From the NCBI GenBank assembly GCA_900551245.1, contig URVC01000001.1, positions 13,990 to 77,989 on the forward strand: 64,000 nt of DNA. The letters run 5' to 3'. The notes beneath the pieces are model-generated. The model was not told the DNA's origin, made no database searches, and was given only the letters and a program-made list of their open reading frames with translations. Below are positions 45,103 through 55,096 of the stretch, piece by piece. Made by a program: the position numbers and the translations under genes. The DNA is from an uncultured bacterium. Lineage in GTDB: Bacteria > Verrucomicrobiota > Lentisphaeria > Victivallales > Victivallaceae. Every line of letters begins with the position of its first letter. The stretch's first letter is position 1.

Positions 45103-46560
45103 ATGGAGCCGCCGTATGAAAATTTCAACCGGATGCCGGCGCGGATTGCGGATTTTATCCGGCAAAGTTCTCACCATCCCACAGGGAGCATCGGAATCAT
45201 GACCGCCGTAATGTCCTTCTGCGGCCTCTGTCTGCTGCTGGTTCTCGGCAAGGCCGTCCGAACTGCGGTTCCGCTGTTGCAGCGTCTCTATCTGCCCGCT
45301 TCCGTCATCGGAGGACTGATCGGGCTCGTCTGGATCAACACCTTCGGGAAAAACTTCTCTTCCGACTGGTATGCCAGCTGGAACGACGTCCCCGGGTTCC
45401 TCATCAACATCGTCTTCGCCTCGCTCTTCATCGGCTCCGCCCTGCCCCGTCTGCGAGAGATCTGGGGGCTTGCCGCGCCCCAGCTCTGCTACGGACAGCT
45501 GATCGCCTGGGGGCAGTATGTGGTCGGGCTCGCCCTGGCCGGACTGGTGCTGATTCCGCTCTTCCACGTCGACCGGGCATTCGGCACACTGCTGGAAATC
45601 GGCTTCGAAGGCGGGCACGGCACCGTGGCCGGTCTCTCCGCCACGTTCGATCATTTCAACTGGTCGCGCGGCCGGGACCTGGGTTATACGATGGCGACCG
45701 CCGGCATGGTGCTCGGCATTGTCATCGGTATGGCGCTCATCAATCTGGCGGTCCGGCGCGGCTGGGTGAAAAATGTGCGGCTTTTCTCCGAACAAAAGGC
45801 GTATGAACGGCGCGGCATCTATCCGCGCCATGCACAGCCGCCGGCCGGGAAGCAGACCGTTTTCAGCGATTCGATCGACTCTCTTGCATTCCATGTCGCC
45901 GTCCTCGGCATCGCCGTGCTGATCGGCTACGGGCTCAAGGAGCTGCTCTTTCTGCTCAATCAGGTCTCGCCGGAAGGGGTGCAGAAGCTCAAGGTGCTTG
46001 AAAGTTTCCCGCTCTTTCCGCTCTGTCTCATCGGCGGACTGATCCTGCAGAAACTTCTGGTAACCGTCCGGCTCGATGTGATCGTCGATCACGGGCAGAT
46101 CCAGCGGCTCGGCGGAGCGGCGCTGGACTTCCTGGTCGTGGCCGCCGTCGCCTCGATTCAGCTCGATTTCGTCGCGGCGAACTGGCTGCCGCTGCTGCTG
46201 CTCATCCTCGCCGGAACTCTCTGGAACGTCTTCTGCGTCCTGTTTCTCGCGCCGCGGCTGTTCCGTGAAGCCTGGTTCGAGCGCTCGATCGCGGAATTCG
46301 GCCAGTCGATGGGAGTGACCGCAACCGGGCTGCTGCTGCTTCGCACCGCCGACCCGGAATCCCGCACCGTCGCGGCCTCCGCATTCGGTTACAAACAGCT
46401 CTTCCACGAACCGTTCATGGGCGGTGGAATCTGGACCTCCATGGCTCTGCCGCTGGTAATTACCCAGGGGAATCTCTTTGTCTGGCTGATTTCCGCCGGC
46501 ATGATGCTTCTCTGGCTGGTCTTCTGGTTCCTGGTACTGCGCAGGCGGCAAAATGGATGA
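45103..46560 (+). CDS. gltS: sodium/glutamate symporter family transporter
   Basis: A polytopic ESS-family-like sequence with about 12 TM helices. It is assigned by overall resemblance only. Confidence 0.6.
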   Translation: MEPPYENFNRMPARIADFIRQSSHHPTGSIGIMTAVMSFCGLCLLLVLGKAVRTAVPLLQRLYLPASVIGGLIGLVWINTFGKNFSSDWYASWNDVPGFLINIVFASLFIGSALPRLREIWGLAAPQLCYGQLIAWGQYVVGLALAGLVLIPLFHVDRAFGTLLEIGFEGGHGTVAGLSATFDHFNWSRGRDLGYTMATAGMVLGIVIGMALINLAVRRGWVKNVRLFSEQKAYERRGIYPRHAQPPAGKQTVFSDSIDSLAFHVAVLGIAVLIGYGLKELLFLLNQVSPEGVQKLKVLESFPLFPLCLIGGLILQKLLVTVRLDVIVDHGQIQRLGGAALDFLVVAAVASIQLDFVAANWLPLLLLILAGTLWNVFCVLFLAPRLFREAWFERSIAEFGQSMGVTATGLLLLRTADPESRTVAASAFGYKQLFHEPFMGGGIWTSMALPLVITQGNLFVWLISAGMMLLWLVFWFLVLRRRQNG

Positions 46561-48553
46561 GCGATTCCGGCAGACCTTCCGCCTCCAATTGACAATCGGG
46601 GTCGCACTTCTGCTGACTGCCGCAGTCGCGGCGGTGGCCTGGCTGCTTTTCCCCGACATTTCCCCGGAGGAACTGCAGGTCTGCCGCCAATCCGGAAAAT
46701 TCATCTCCCTCTATCAGGGGGAGCTTCTTCCGGAACCTCGCGAACGCAACACCTTTCTGCTGGCGTTGTTCGCATCGCCTTTTCTCGCCGGAGCCGCGAT
46801 CTGGATCGTCCGTCGCCGGGAGTTCCTGCCGGCAACACCGCTCACCAGAGCGCTGCTCGCCGGTGCATGGGCCTTCTTTGCCGAAGCGATGTTGTTCGGC
46901 CATGGGCTATGGATCGAAGATTTCGCGTCAAACGCCTTCCACCACCCTGGCTACCTGATCAGCTCCATCTTAACCGGGCTGGTTGCCGGATATCTGCTCG
47001 GACGCCACGTTCTCCGGGGAAACGGCTGGATCTACTGGGCCTCGCTGCTGTTCCCGATTGCCGGCGTACTCTTCTGCATCCTCTATCCGGAACAGTTCAT
47101 CATTCAGATGTGGACGTTTCATTTTGAACCGATCTGCTATGCGATATCCCGCGCGGTCTCCGGCGGCTTCGAAAACCATCTCTACGGACTCTATCCGCGG
47201 TTTCTTGCGCCGTTGTTCCATCTCATCGGGCTCTCGGTCTTCAAGCTTTCGCTGGTCATGAGTCTACTCCACGTTCTGACCTTTGCCATGGTGTTGCGCG
47301 CCTTCTGGCTGTGGAGCCGAAACCGTCTGCTCACGCCGCTGTTCTCTCTGATTCTGGCCTATCTCGGGGGAATCTGGTGCTTCTTCCGGCTGAAGGAGTT
47401 CGACCCCTATTACGAATACCACCCGATCCGCTCGCTGTTCCCTGCCGCCGCGCTTCTGGGCGCCGCCTTTTACTGCCGGCTTCCGGAAGAACGCAAAAAC
47501 GTCGGAGCTCTGTTTGCCGGACTCCTCGCGGGGAGCGCGGTCTGCTGGAATCTCGATTCGGGCATTCCGGTCGCCGGAGCATTCTTCTGCCTGATCGCCC
47601 TCCGCGCCATCGCGGATCGGGGCAACCGCAGAAAATGGCTTCTGCTGTTTCTGTTCACGGCATCACTAATCTTCACTCTTGCCGCATGTTGGGTGCTGTT
47701 TTCCCTGCAACAGGGTGCGCCGCTGGCGATTCTTCCGCTCATCAAATACCAGCGGCTCTTCCTTCAGGAAGGCGTCAATCTTCTGCCGATGCAGCCCTTT
47801 CCCGCGGCCTGGGCACTGATTCTCGCCGTCTATCTGGCGGCCATGACACAGGGAATCCGGGCGGTGTTCCTGCCGCACTTGCAGACGCCAGCCGCACAAC
47901 AGAAAGCGCAGTGGATGTTTTTCACCGCAATTCTCGGCGCCGGCCTTTTCGCCTACTATCAGGGGCGCTCCCACACCTACAATCTTGCGCCGGTCAGTTA
48001 TCCGGCCTTTCTGCTCCTCTTCGTCTGGCTGGATGACCAGCTCCGCACCGCCCGCTGCAGGAAACCGGAACGCGCCGCCGCACTGCTGGCCGCCTGGCCC
48101 GCGCTGTTACTCTCCGGACTAGTCGTCATCTCCATCGCGCTTGGCGGAAATCGGATCGTCACCAATCTGCACTATTTTCTGACCAACTGCTTTTTCCACG
48201 ACGCGGAAGATTCGCTTCTCAAACAGCACGCCGCCTTCATCCGCTCCGTGGCGCAGGGACGCCCGGTCAATATCTACGGCCGGAATCAGGGTCTCTATTA
48301 CGCGGAAACCGGACTGCCCGCCGCCATTGCGGATTTCAGTCAGGTGGAACAATTTCAGCAAAAAGACATAACCCGAATCAAAGAAGCGCTCCGTCACTCC
48401 GACGCCCCACTGATTCTCGCGCCAGGATTGCGGATGGGTTTTGACCTCGATCTTGACTTTATTCAGCAGAATTTCGTCTGGATTAAAGCGAGTCCAGATG
48501 GTCTGCTCCACTACTTTGAACGCCGTCGCCGACACTCTTCTGAGCGAAGGTAA
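46553..48553 (+). CDS. large polytopic membrane protein, unknown function (GT-C-like architecture: TM core plus C-terminal soluble domain)
   Basis: It has at least 14 hydrophobic helices and overlaps the gltS stop by 8 nt. No recognisable catalytic motif is present. Confidence 0.5.
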   Translation: MDERFRQTFRLQLTIGVALLLTAAVAAVAWLLFPDISPEELQVCRQSGKFISLYQGELLPEPRERNTFLLALFASPFLAGAAIWIVRRREFLPATPLTRALLAGAWAFFAEAMLFGHGLWIEDFASNAFHHPGYLISSILTGLVAGYLLGRHVLRGNGWIYWASLLFPIAGVLFCILYPEQFIIQMWTFHFEPICYAISRAVSGGFENHLYGLYPRFLAPLFHLIGLSVFKLSLVMSLLHVLTFAMVLRAFWLWSRNRLLTPLFSLILAYLGGIWCFFRLKEFDPYYEYHPIRSLFPAAALLGAAFYCRLPEERKNVGALFAGLLAGSAVCWNLDSGIPVAGAFFCLIALRAIADRGNRRKWLLLFLFTASLIFTLAACWVLFSLQQGAPLAILPLIKYQRLFLQEGVNLLPMQPFPAAWALILAVYLAAMTQGIRAVFLPHLQTPAAQQKAQWMFFTAILGAGLFAYYQGRSHTYNLAPVSYPAFLLLFVWLDDQLRTARCRKPERAAALLAAWPALLLSGLVVISIALGGNRIVTNLHYFLTNCFFHDAEDSLLKQHAAFIRSVAQGRPVNIYGRNQGLYYAETGLPAAIADFSQVEQFQQKDITRIKEALRHSDAPLILAPGLRMGFDLDLDFIQQNFVWIKASPDGLLHYFERRRRHSSERR

Positions 48554-50259
48554 AACCAGAGAACAAGTACCACCGCCAGCGAGACACAGGTCAGCCACAA
48601 GCCGGTTTCGTGAAGCCGCGGCAGATAATAGACGTATCCCTTCCCGGCCGGAACATCGACATAGAACGGTTTCGACTCCTCAAACTCCCGATAGTCGGGA
48701 AACAACAGCTTACCTCGTTCATTTCTCCAGCCATTGCCGGGATTCTGGTTGATTCTCACCCGGTCCGGTACAGGCGTCTGAAAATCAATCCGGTTGGGCG
48801 ACCAGCCCGTCAGCTCCGCCGCTCCGCTCCAGGAATAAAACTCACCCCGATAATCCGGATAGCCAAATGCATGACAGGCGAAATGGGAGCTGTAAAGGTA
48901 GCCGCGCAACGGTTCATATCCATTCAACTGACACAAACCCTTCCGGACGGAAACATAGTATCCGATATGCGGCATGATGACGGTTGTCTGAGCAGGAGAA
49001 CCGGGCAGATCACGATAACGGGCCAGAAGTTCCCGTTCCGATTGCCACGCATCGCCCCCCAGATAGACAAATAAAAGATTCCCGATCAGACCAATGCAGG
49101 AGAAAATCAACAGCCCCTTCAGAATTTTTCGATACTTCCGGAAGCGCATCCAGCACCAGGCAAATCCAGCCGCCGCGCCAGTTGCAAGGCAGAACACCAG
49201 CAGGAAACGCCAGCGGGTGATCACAAAAAAACTGGTGAACGGCGGTATACAGCGAAGCCAGTATCCCGGCAGGAACTGCGAGGTGGAATCCAGAATCAGC
49301 AGCGCGGCAAGCAGTGCACCCCAATGATACCAGCGCCGCCGTGGAATCAGCGAGAGAAGAAAAAATCCCAGTGCAATAATGCCGACATAACAGCCGATTT
49401 CATGCCACTGCAACCCCAGGCGCTCATGTTGCACCACCGGAGTATCCAATGGGACAAACGGCCGGATCAGTCCGGCAAACAGCATTTTCACCGGAATGGA
49501 CAGCCGTTCCTCCATCTCCCGTGGAAAACTCATGAGATAATCCAGCGTCAGCAGCAGACGATAACCGCAGACAGCCCAGAATGTAAAAAAAGCCAACCCG
49601 CCCTTCAGCCAGAACGATATTTCACGCCAATGCCGTTTCAGGAGCGGCAGACCGAACAGCACCAGCATGATGCAATTGATCAACGCCAGATAGTGAAGTG
49701 ACTGATTCAGCATCATTCCGGCAAAGAGGCCGAGCAGCAGAGCATTTCGGCAGGAGCGGGTGAGACGCCGTTCAAAGTAGAGCAGCCAGGGCAGAAAGGT
49801 AATACACACCATGCTGGAGTGTCCCATCATGGTATGCAACGGCACACAGCTGGTCAGACCAAATATGGCACTGCCCCAGAAACGGGCAAGCGGATTTTTC
49901 GTGCAATCTCCGAGAAACAGAAACATGCCCGCCGCTCCAAACAGCAGATAAATATATACCGCAATCCGCCAGCCATACCAAGTTCCGAAAATCAGCAGAC
50001 AGGGCAGCTCTATCCCGAAAACCGTAACCTGGGGATTGGCAAACAGCGGTACGCCGCCGTGATTCCACGCCCCCCAGAACGGGAACTCCCAGTATTCAAC
50101 AATTGTCCGGCGAACCATCTCCCAGTATGCCAAGCCGAGATCCACATCGCCGGCAAAGGAGAAGCGGTCCGGGCTCATCACCAGCGGGAACTGAGCCGCC
50201 CCGACCAGAATCAGCAGCGCAATCAGCTGCCCTCTTGCTGTTTTCAGAAAATAATACAC
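48511..50259 (-). CDS. large polytopic membrane protein, unknown function (TM core, ~190-aa C-terminal extracytoplasmic domain, terminal TM anchor)
   Basis: A GTG start carries a GGAGG RBS. The first loop has 'FAGDVDLGLAYWE'. Its 3' end overlaps the convergent upstream gene by 43 bp. Confidence 0.5.
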   Translation of the reverse strand: MYYFLKTARGQLIALLILVGAAQFPLVMSPDRFSFAGDVDLGLAYWEMVRRTIVEYWEFPFWGAWNHGGVPLFANPQVTVFGIELPCLLIFGTWYGWRIAVYIYLLFGAAGMFLFLGDCTKNPLARFWGSAIFGLTSCVPLHTMMGHSSMVCITFLPWLLYFERRLTRSCRNALLLGLFAGMMLNQSLHYLALINCIMLVLFGLPLLKRHWREISFWLKGGLAFFTFWAVCGYRLLLTLDYLMSFPREMEERLSIPVKMLFAGLIRPFVPLDTPVVQHERLGLQWHEIGCYVGIIALGFFLLSLIPRRRWYHWGALLAALLILDSTSQFLPGYWLRCIPPFTSFFVITRWRFLLVFCLATGAAAGFAWCWMRFRKYRKILKGLLIFSCIGLIGNLLFVYLGGDAWQSERELLARYRDLPGSPAQTTVIMPHIGYYVSVRKGLCQLNGYEPLRGYLYSSHFACHAFGYPDYRGEFYSWSGAAELTGWSPNRIDFQTPVPDRVRINQNPGNGWRNERGKLLFPDYREFEESKPFYVDVPAGKGYVYYLPRLHETGLWLTCVSLAVVLVLWFYLRSEECRRRRSK

Positions 50260-50330
50260 AAAACCTCCCGGCGTAGATATGGTAACATACCACGCCGGGA
50301 GGGGTTTTACAATCGCCGCAATGCGATTTT

Positions 50331-53300
50331 TCAGCGAATCCGGAAGGTCCGGATTTCAAACGGCTTGAGCGGAACCTCCACCACGCCGTCCTCCTGCTTG
50401 AGCGTCGCGCCGGAACTCCACTCGACCAGATTGGTCTCCACCAGCTTCCGCCCCGGCTCCAGCGCCAGACGGGCGGTCGAATTGCAACCGTCCGTTTCGA
50501 CCACGCGGATAATCCGCTCATTCCGCTTGTAGGCGAGTTTGAGCACCTCGAGCGAGGCACCGGCACCGCCGACCAGCCGGCAGGGCAGCATCAGCGCTTC
50601 GCTCCGGCCCGGCAGCACCAGCGGCGCGCGGTTGAGGCAGGCCGCCTCCTGCATCACCTCGGAGCCCGTCAGGCCGCCTTCGTGCGGCAGGAAGCTGTAG
50701 GTGAAGCTGTGGTGGCCGAGGTCCGCCTGCGGGTCGGGATTGCCCGGCGAACGCAGCAGGTTGAGGTCGAGCACCCCATCGAGCAGTTTGTAGCCATACT
50801 TGCAGTCGTTGAGGAGCGCCGCGCCGCCGTTCACATCGGCGATGTCGACATAGCGCTGCGCCGCCACTTCGAACCGGGCGAAGTCCCACAGCGTATTCCG
50901 GTGCGTGGGCCGGGTGATGTAACCGTACTGGATGTCACAGCGCGCCTCCGCCGCACGAATGGCGGTCGGGAAGGTGACGCGAAGCATCCGATGGTGCTCG
51001 TTCCAATCCACTTCGGTATTGAAATCGAGCCGCTTGGAGTTGGCGGCAAGCACCACCTGCTGGCGAATCTTCGATTTGCCGACCGCCAATTCGAACTCCA
51101 GCACCTGCCGAACCGGACCAGCCGCGACCTTTTCCGCCCGGCTTCCCGTCACATAGACCGGCGGAACATCCTGGTAGGTGAAATCGACGTCCCATGCATC
51201 CCAGTTGTTCGGCTCATCGACGTAGAGGCCGAGCAGGTTGCCGGCCGCGCCGCAAATCACTTCGCGGTTCGCGGTCTTGTCAAAGGCACGCAACAACCGG
51301 GCGTCCGCATCGAATTCGTAGCGGACCAGATCGTTCTCCAGCACCAGCGTCTTGTCGACTTTGGTTTTGGCCTGCTTTTCCGCCTTGCCGCGGGTCAGCG
51401 TGGTGAAGCTCTGCGGCGGGAAGTTGCCGAGCGCCCACAGCGCGCCGTTTTCCGTCTGCGTCAGGATTTCGCGCCCCGACTCATCCGTCACACTGCATCC
51501 CGCCCAGTCATCCGGCAGCCGGACCGGCGAAGTGTAATCGTAGCTCAGAGTATTGAGCACGGTGACCGCATCCTTTTCCTGCTTGAGCAGTTTTTCCGCC
51601 GCTGTCTCAATCAACGCGGCACAGCGTTTGAGCACCTCGGCGTGTTCGGCTTCGGTGTTCTCGTAGACCATGTGGATCGAAGAGCCCGGAATGATATCGT
51701 GGAACTGGTTGAGCAGAACCGTCTTCCAGAGCGCGTCCAGTTCGTCGGCCGGATACTCCGCCATCGGCAGGCAGCTGCAGAGGAATTCCGCCGCGGTCAG
51801 CATCTGTTCGCACTTGCGGTTGTTGCGCTTGGTGCGCGACTGGGTGGTCAGAGTGCCGCGATGGAGTTCAAGGTAGAGTTCCCCCACCCACTGCGGGAGT
51901 TTATCCGCGTACTTCGAAAGCCGCTCGAGAAATTTATCCACGCGTCCGAATTTGACGTGCGGAACCCCTTCGAGATTCGCCGACCGCAATCCGTACTCGA
52001 TGTGTTCGAGCTTGGGACCGCCGCCGCCGTCGCCGATTCCGGTCAGAGTGAGGAATTCCGGCAGGAAATAGTTTTCGTTGAAGTTGTCCTGCGCTTTGCG
52101 AAGTCCGTCCGGCAGCATCCAGGAGTTGTAGGTATCCTCCGGCGGGAAGTGGGTCAGCACCTCCGTGTTGTCGATGCCGCGCCAGAGGAAGGTGTGGTAC
52201 GGGAATTTGTTGAACTGACTCCATGAAATCTTCTGCGTAATGAAGTAGTCGCAACCGGATTTCTTGATGATCTGCGGCATCGAGGCGGAATACCCGAAGA
52301 CGTCCGGAATCCAGAGGTTCTTCACGTCGAAGCCGAACTCGTCCATGAAGAAGTTCTTGCCGTAGAGGAACTGACGCACCATCGATTCGCCGGAGATGAT
52401 GTTGCAGTCCGCCTCAACCCACATGCCGCCCTGAATCTCCCAGCGGCCCTCTTTGATCTTCTGACGGATCTTTTCGTAAAGTTCCGGATAATGCTCTTTT
52501 ACAAATGCATAATGCTGTGCCGCGGACGCGCCGAATACATAATCCGGGTAGCGTTCCAGATTGTAGATCTGGCTGGCGAAGGTACGCGCGCATTTGCGGA
52601 TCGTCTCCCGTACCGGCCAAAGCCAGCCGGTGTCGATGTGCGCATGACCGACTGCAATGGTGGTAAGCGCCGATTTCTCCGCCGGCAGCGAAAGCTGTTT
52701 CGCGAGACAGGCCCGGGCCGCGGCAGCGTTGACCGGATTGTCGGCATAGGCGCTGACCGCATCGTTGAGCGCCATGTTGACCTGCACCGCCCGGTAATCG
52801 GTGTTCGGCAAGCTCTCCAACAGCGCATAGAGCACGGCAAAATCGTTGCAGAGGTCCCACGCGGCGGTATTGAAATGGCCGAAGCGCATCGTCCGGATAC
52901 GGCCGAGCCCGGAATCATCGGTGATGCCTTCGATTCCGAACAGACCATTCGCAGCAAGTTCACCCCAGAGATCGATTTTGCTGCCGGGTTCCGCCGCCTC
53001 GGTAATCGGCAGAAGATCCTTCCGGTATCCGTTGTTGTAGACACTCATATGAGTCAGTCCATAATACGGTACCCCCTTCTCATCGAAAATCAACAGCTCG
53101 CCACCGAGGTAGAGGCGGCACCAGACCGGCTGCCCGGCCCATTCGGCGGGAACGGTTCCGGTGAGGTGAATCCAGGCGCTGTCCCACGCCTCCCCCCAGT
53201 ACTCCCCTTCCCGGATTTCCCGGTATTTCCCGGACAGGCGATCTGAAAATGCAACCGGTTGTTTTGTTGAATAAATTTCAGCTTTCAGAGGTTGCGACTC

Positions 53301-53378
53301 AAAAAAGAGATCCTCTTTGAGCCTCTCGAGAAAGAGCCGTGCCCGATCCCGATAGATGGCGAACTTTTTCTGGTCCAT
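50331..53378 (-). CDS. GH38 alpha-mannosidase
   Basis: 'TIAVGHAHIDTGWLWPVRETIRKCARTF' and 'GGMWVEADCNI' are GH38 catalytic-domain signatures. The start is set at MDQKKF (AAGGAG RBS). Confidence 0.85.
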   Translation of the reverse strand: MDQKKFAIYRDRARLFLERLKEDLFFESQPLKAEIYSTKQPVAFSDRLSGKYREIREGEYWGEAWDSAWIHLTGTVPAEWAGQPVWCRLYLGGELLIFDEKGVPYYGLTHMSVYNNGYRKDLLPITEAAEPGSKIDLWGELAANGLFGIEGITDDSGLGRIRTMRFGHFNTAAWDLCNDFAVLYALLESLPNTDYRAVQVNMALNDAVSAYADNPVNAAAARACLAKQLSLPAEKSALTTIAVGHAHIDTGWLWPVRETIRKCARTFASQIYNLERYPDYVFGASAAQHYAFVKEHYPELYEKIRQKIKEGRWEIQGGMWVEADCNIISGESMVRQFLYGKNFFMDEFGFDVKNLWIPDVFGYSASMPQIIKKSGCDYFITQKISWSQFNKFPYHTFLWRGIDNTEVLTHFPPEDTYNSWMLPDGLRKAQDNFNENYFLPEFLTLTGIGDGGGGPKLEHIEYGLRSANLEGVPHVKFGRVDKFLERLSKYADKLPQWVGELYLELHRGTLTTQSRTKRNNRKCEQMLTAAEFLCSCLPMAEYPADELDALWKTVLLNQFHDIIPGSSIHMVYENTEAEHAEVLKRCAALIETAAEKLLKQEKDAVTVLNTLSYDYTSPVRLPDDWAGCSVTDESGREILTQTENGALWALGNFPPQSFTTLTRGKAEKQAKTKVDKTLVLENDLVRYEFDADARLLRAFDKTANREVICGAAGNLLGLYVDEPNNWDAWDVDFTYQDVPPVYVTGSRAEKVAAGPVRQVLEFELAVGKSKIRQQVVLAANSKRLDFNTEVDWNEHHRMLRVTFPTAIRAAEARCDIQYGYITRPTHRNTLWDFARFEVAAQRYVDIADVNGGAALLNDCKYGYKLLDGVLDLNLLRSPGNPDPQADLGHHSFTYSFLPHEGGLTGSEVMQEAACLNRAPLVLPGRSEALMLPCRLVGGAGASLEVLKLAYKRNERIIRVVETDGCNSTARLALEPGRKLVETNLVEWSSGATLKQEDGVVEVPLKPFEIRTFRIR

Positions 53379-53465
53379 TTGTTTCTCCTTCAATTGAAAG
53401 GTTCTGCATCATCGTTCAGCGATCCTCCGCAACAGGACACCTTCCGGCGGCGGAATGATCTTTGC

Positions 53466-54413
53466 TTAAGATAGCCCGTTTCGATGGGAATTCAAGGCTC
53501 GAAGCAGCGCATAACAGCTTTCCATGCGCGGAATTTCAACCCGATGCTGTCTTGCCAGCCGTACCGGATTGCCCAGAATCGCCTCCACCTCCAGCGGCCT
53601 GCCCGCTTCGAAATCCTGCAGCATGCTGGTTCGATAGGCGGGGAAACGCCGCGTATACTCCATGGTGTTGACCGCCTCCTCCTCCTTCAGAGAGACTCCG
53701 CAGGAACGGGCAGTCATGATCACTTCCTCCATCAAGTTACGGCAGAGATTCTCCAGTTCAGGATCTTCAACCATCTGCCGGGTATCCACTCCGCCGGCGA
53801 GGACGGAGACCGGATTGAACGCCAGATTCCACAACAGCTTGCACCAGCGCACCTGACGGATGTCCTCACAGAGTTCACAGCGCACGATTCCACCCTTTTC
53901 AAACGCCGCCGCCAGTCTTCTGGACGCGGCGGAAATTCCCGACGGATAGACTCCCATCCGCAGTGTTCCGCTGCCGAAGTGATGCACCCGCCCGGGCGCC
54001 GGACGTGACACGCCGACATAGGCGATCGTACTGATGAGTTCGCGGTCGGGGAACGCGGCACGGATCGGCTCCTCGATCTCCACTCCATTCTGGATCAACA
54101 CGATCACTCCGTGCGGAGAGCGCTCCAATGCCGGCCGGAGCAATGCAACCGGGTCCACCTCCGGCAACACCTTGGTGGCAAGAATGATGTAATCGGCTCC
54201 TCCCGGGAACTCTTCCGCCGACCGAAGCACCCGGTCCGGATGAAACGAGAAATCCCCGGCGACGCTCTGCACCTGATAACCGTTTTTCACGGCGACCTCA
54301 TATTCGCTCCGGGCGACGACGTTGATTTCCGCCTCCCCGCCCTGCGCCAGACGGCCGCAGAAATAAATCCCGACCCCGCCGGCGCCGATCAGCAGAACCT
54401 TGAGCTTCTCCAT
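53466..54413 (-). CDS. panE: 2-dehydropantoate 2-reductase
   Basis: 'KVLLIGAGGVGIYFCGRLAQGG' is a Rossmann motif. The ApbA C-terminal domain is present. The start is MEKLKV. Confidence 0.8.
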   Translation of the reverse strand: MEKLKVLLIGAGGVGIYFCGRLAQGGEAEINVVARSEYEVAVKNGYQVQSVAGDFSFHPDRVLRSAEEFPGGADYIILATKVLPEVDPVALLRPALERSPHGVIVLIQNGVEIEEPIRAAFPDRELISTIAYVGVSRPAPGRVHHFGSGTLRMGVYPSGISAASRRLAAAFEKGGIVRCELCEDIRQVRWCKLLWNLAFNPVSVLAGGVDTRQMVEDPELENLCRNLMEEVIMTARSCGVSLKEEEAVNTMEYTRRFPAYRTSMLQDFEAGRPLEVEAILGNPVRLARQHRVEIPRMESCYALLRALNSHRNGLS

Positions 54414-55096
54414 CAATTTCTTCTCCCGAAAATCGCACTGCCGATCCGCACCAGCGTCGAGCCGCAACGGATTGCCGTTTCAAAATCTCCGCTCATTCCC
54501 ATCGACAGCAACGGCAGAGAACAGTGCAGCCGCTCCTCCAAACCATCCCGTAATCCGGTCAATCCGCGAAAGACCTGTTCCAACTCCGCTTCCTGAGCAC
54601 CGGCAGGAGCCATCGTCATCAAGCCGCGGAACTCCAAATTCCGACATTTCACTGCCGTTTCCGCGAGGGAACAGAGCGCCTCCGGCGTACAACCGGATTT
54701 GCTCGCTTCGCCGGAAACATTCACCTCAAGCAACACCACCGGATGGCGATTCTCCTCTCCGGCAATCCGGTCGATCCTCTCCAGAAGCGGAAGCGAATCG
54801 ACCGAGTGAATCACCGAGGCCAGCTGTACCGCCTTGCGCACCTTGTTCGATTGGAGCTGGCCGATGAGATGCCACTCAATGTCAGCAGGCAGAACCGCCG
54901 CCTTTTCCGCCAGCTCCGCCACCCGGTTCTCGCCGAAACGGCGCACGCCCGCCTCATACAACTCCCGGATTGCTGACGCGGGGAAGGTCTTGCTCACGGC
55001 GAGCAGCTCCACGTCGCCCGGCGCCCGGCCGCACGCCTGCGCTGCGGCTGCAACCCGGGCCGCGATGTCGCGATATTGTTCCAGAACCGTACTCAT
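54413..55096 (-). CDS. yggS: YggS family pyridoxal-phosphate homeostasis protein
   Basis: 'LLAVSKTFPASAIRELYEAGVRRFGENRVAEL' is the signature. There is a TGATG overlap with panE. Confidence 0.85.
   Translation of the reverse strand: MSTVLEQYRDIAARVAAAAQACGRAPGDVELLAVSKTFPASAIRELYEAGVRRFGENRVAELAEKAAVLPADIEWHLIGQLQSNKVRKAVQLASVIHSVDSLPLLERIDRIAGEENRHPVVLLEVNVSGEASKSGCTPEALCSLAETAVKCRNLEFRGLMTMAPAGAQEAELEQVFRGLTGLRDGLEERLHCSLPLLSMGMSGDFETAIRCGSTLVRIGSAIFGRRN

Noticed and set aside
48511-48553. The 43-bp convergent overlap as a possible annotation artefact
   Set aside because: It was not rejected outright. Both ORFs are long and hydrophobic with consistent GC3 right up to their stops, so the overlap appears genuine. 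Either C-terminus could end earlier if a sequencing error exists. It is kept as a finding with moderate confidence.
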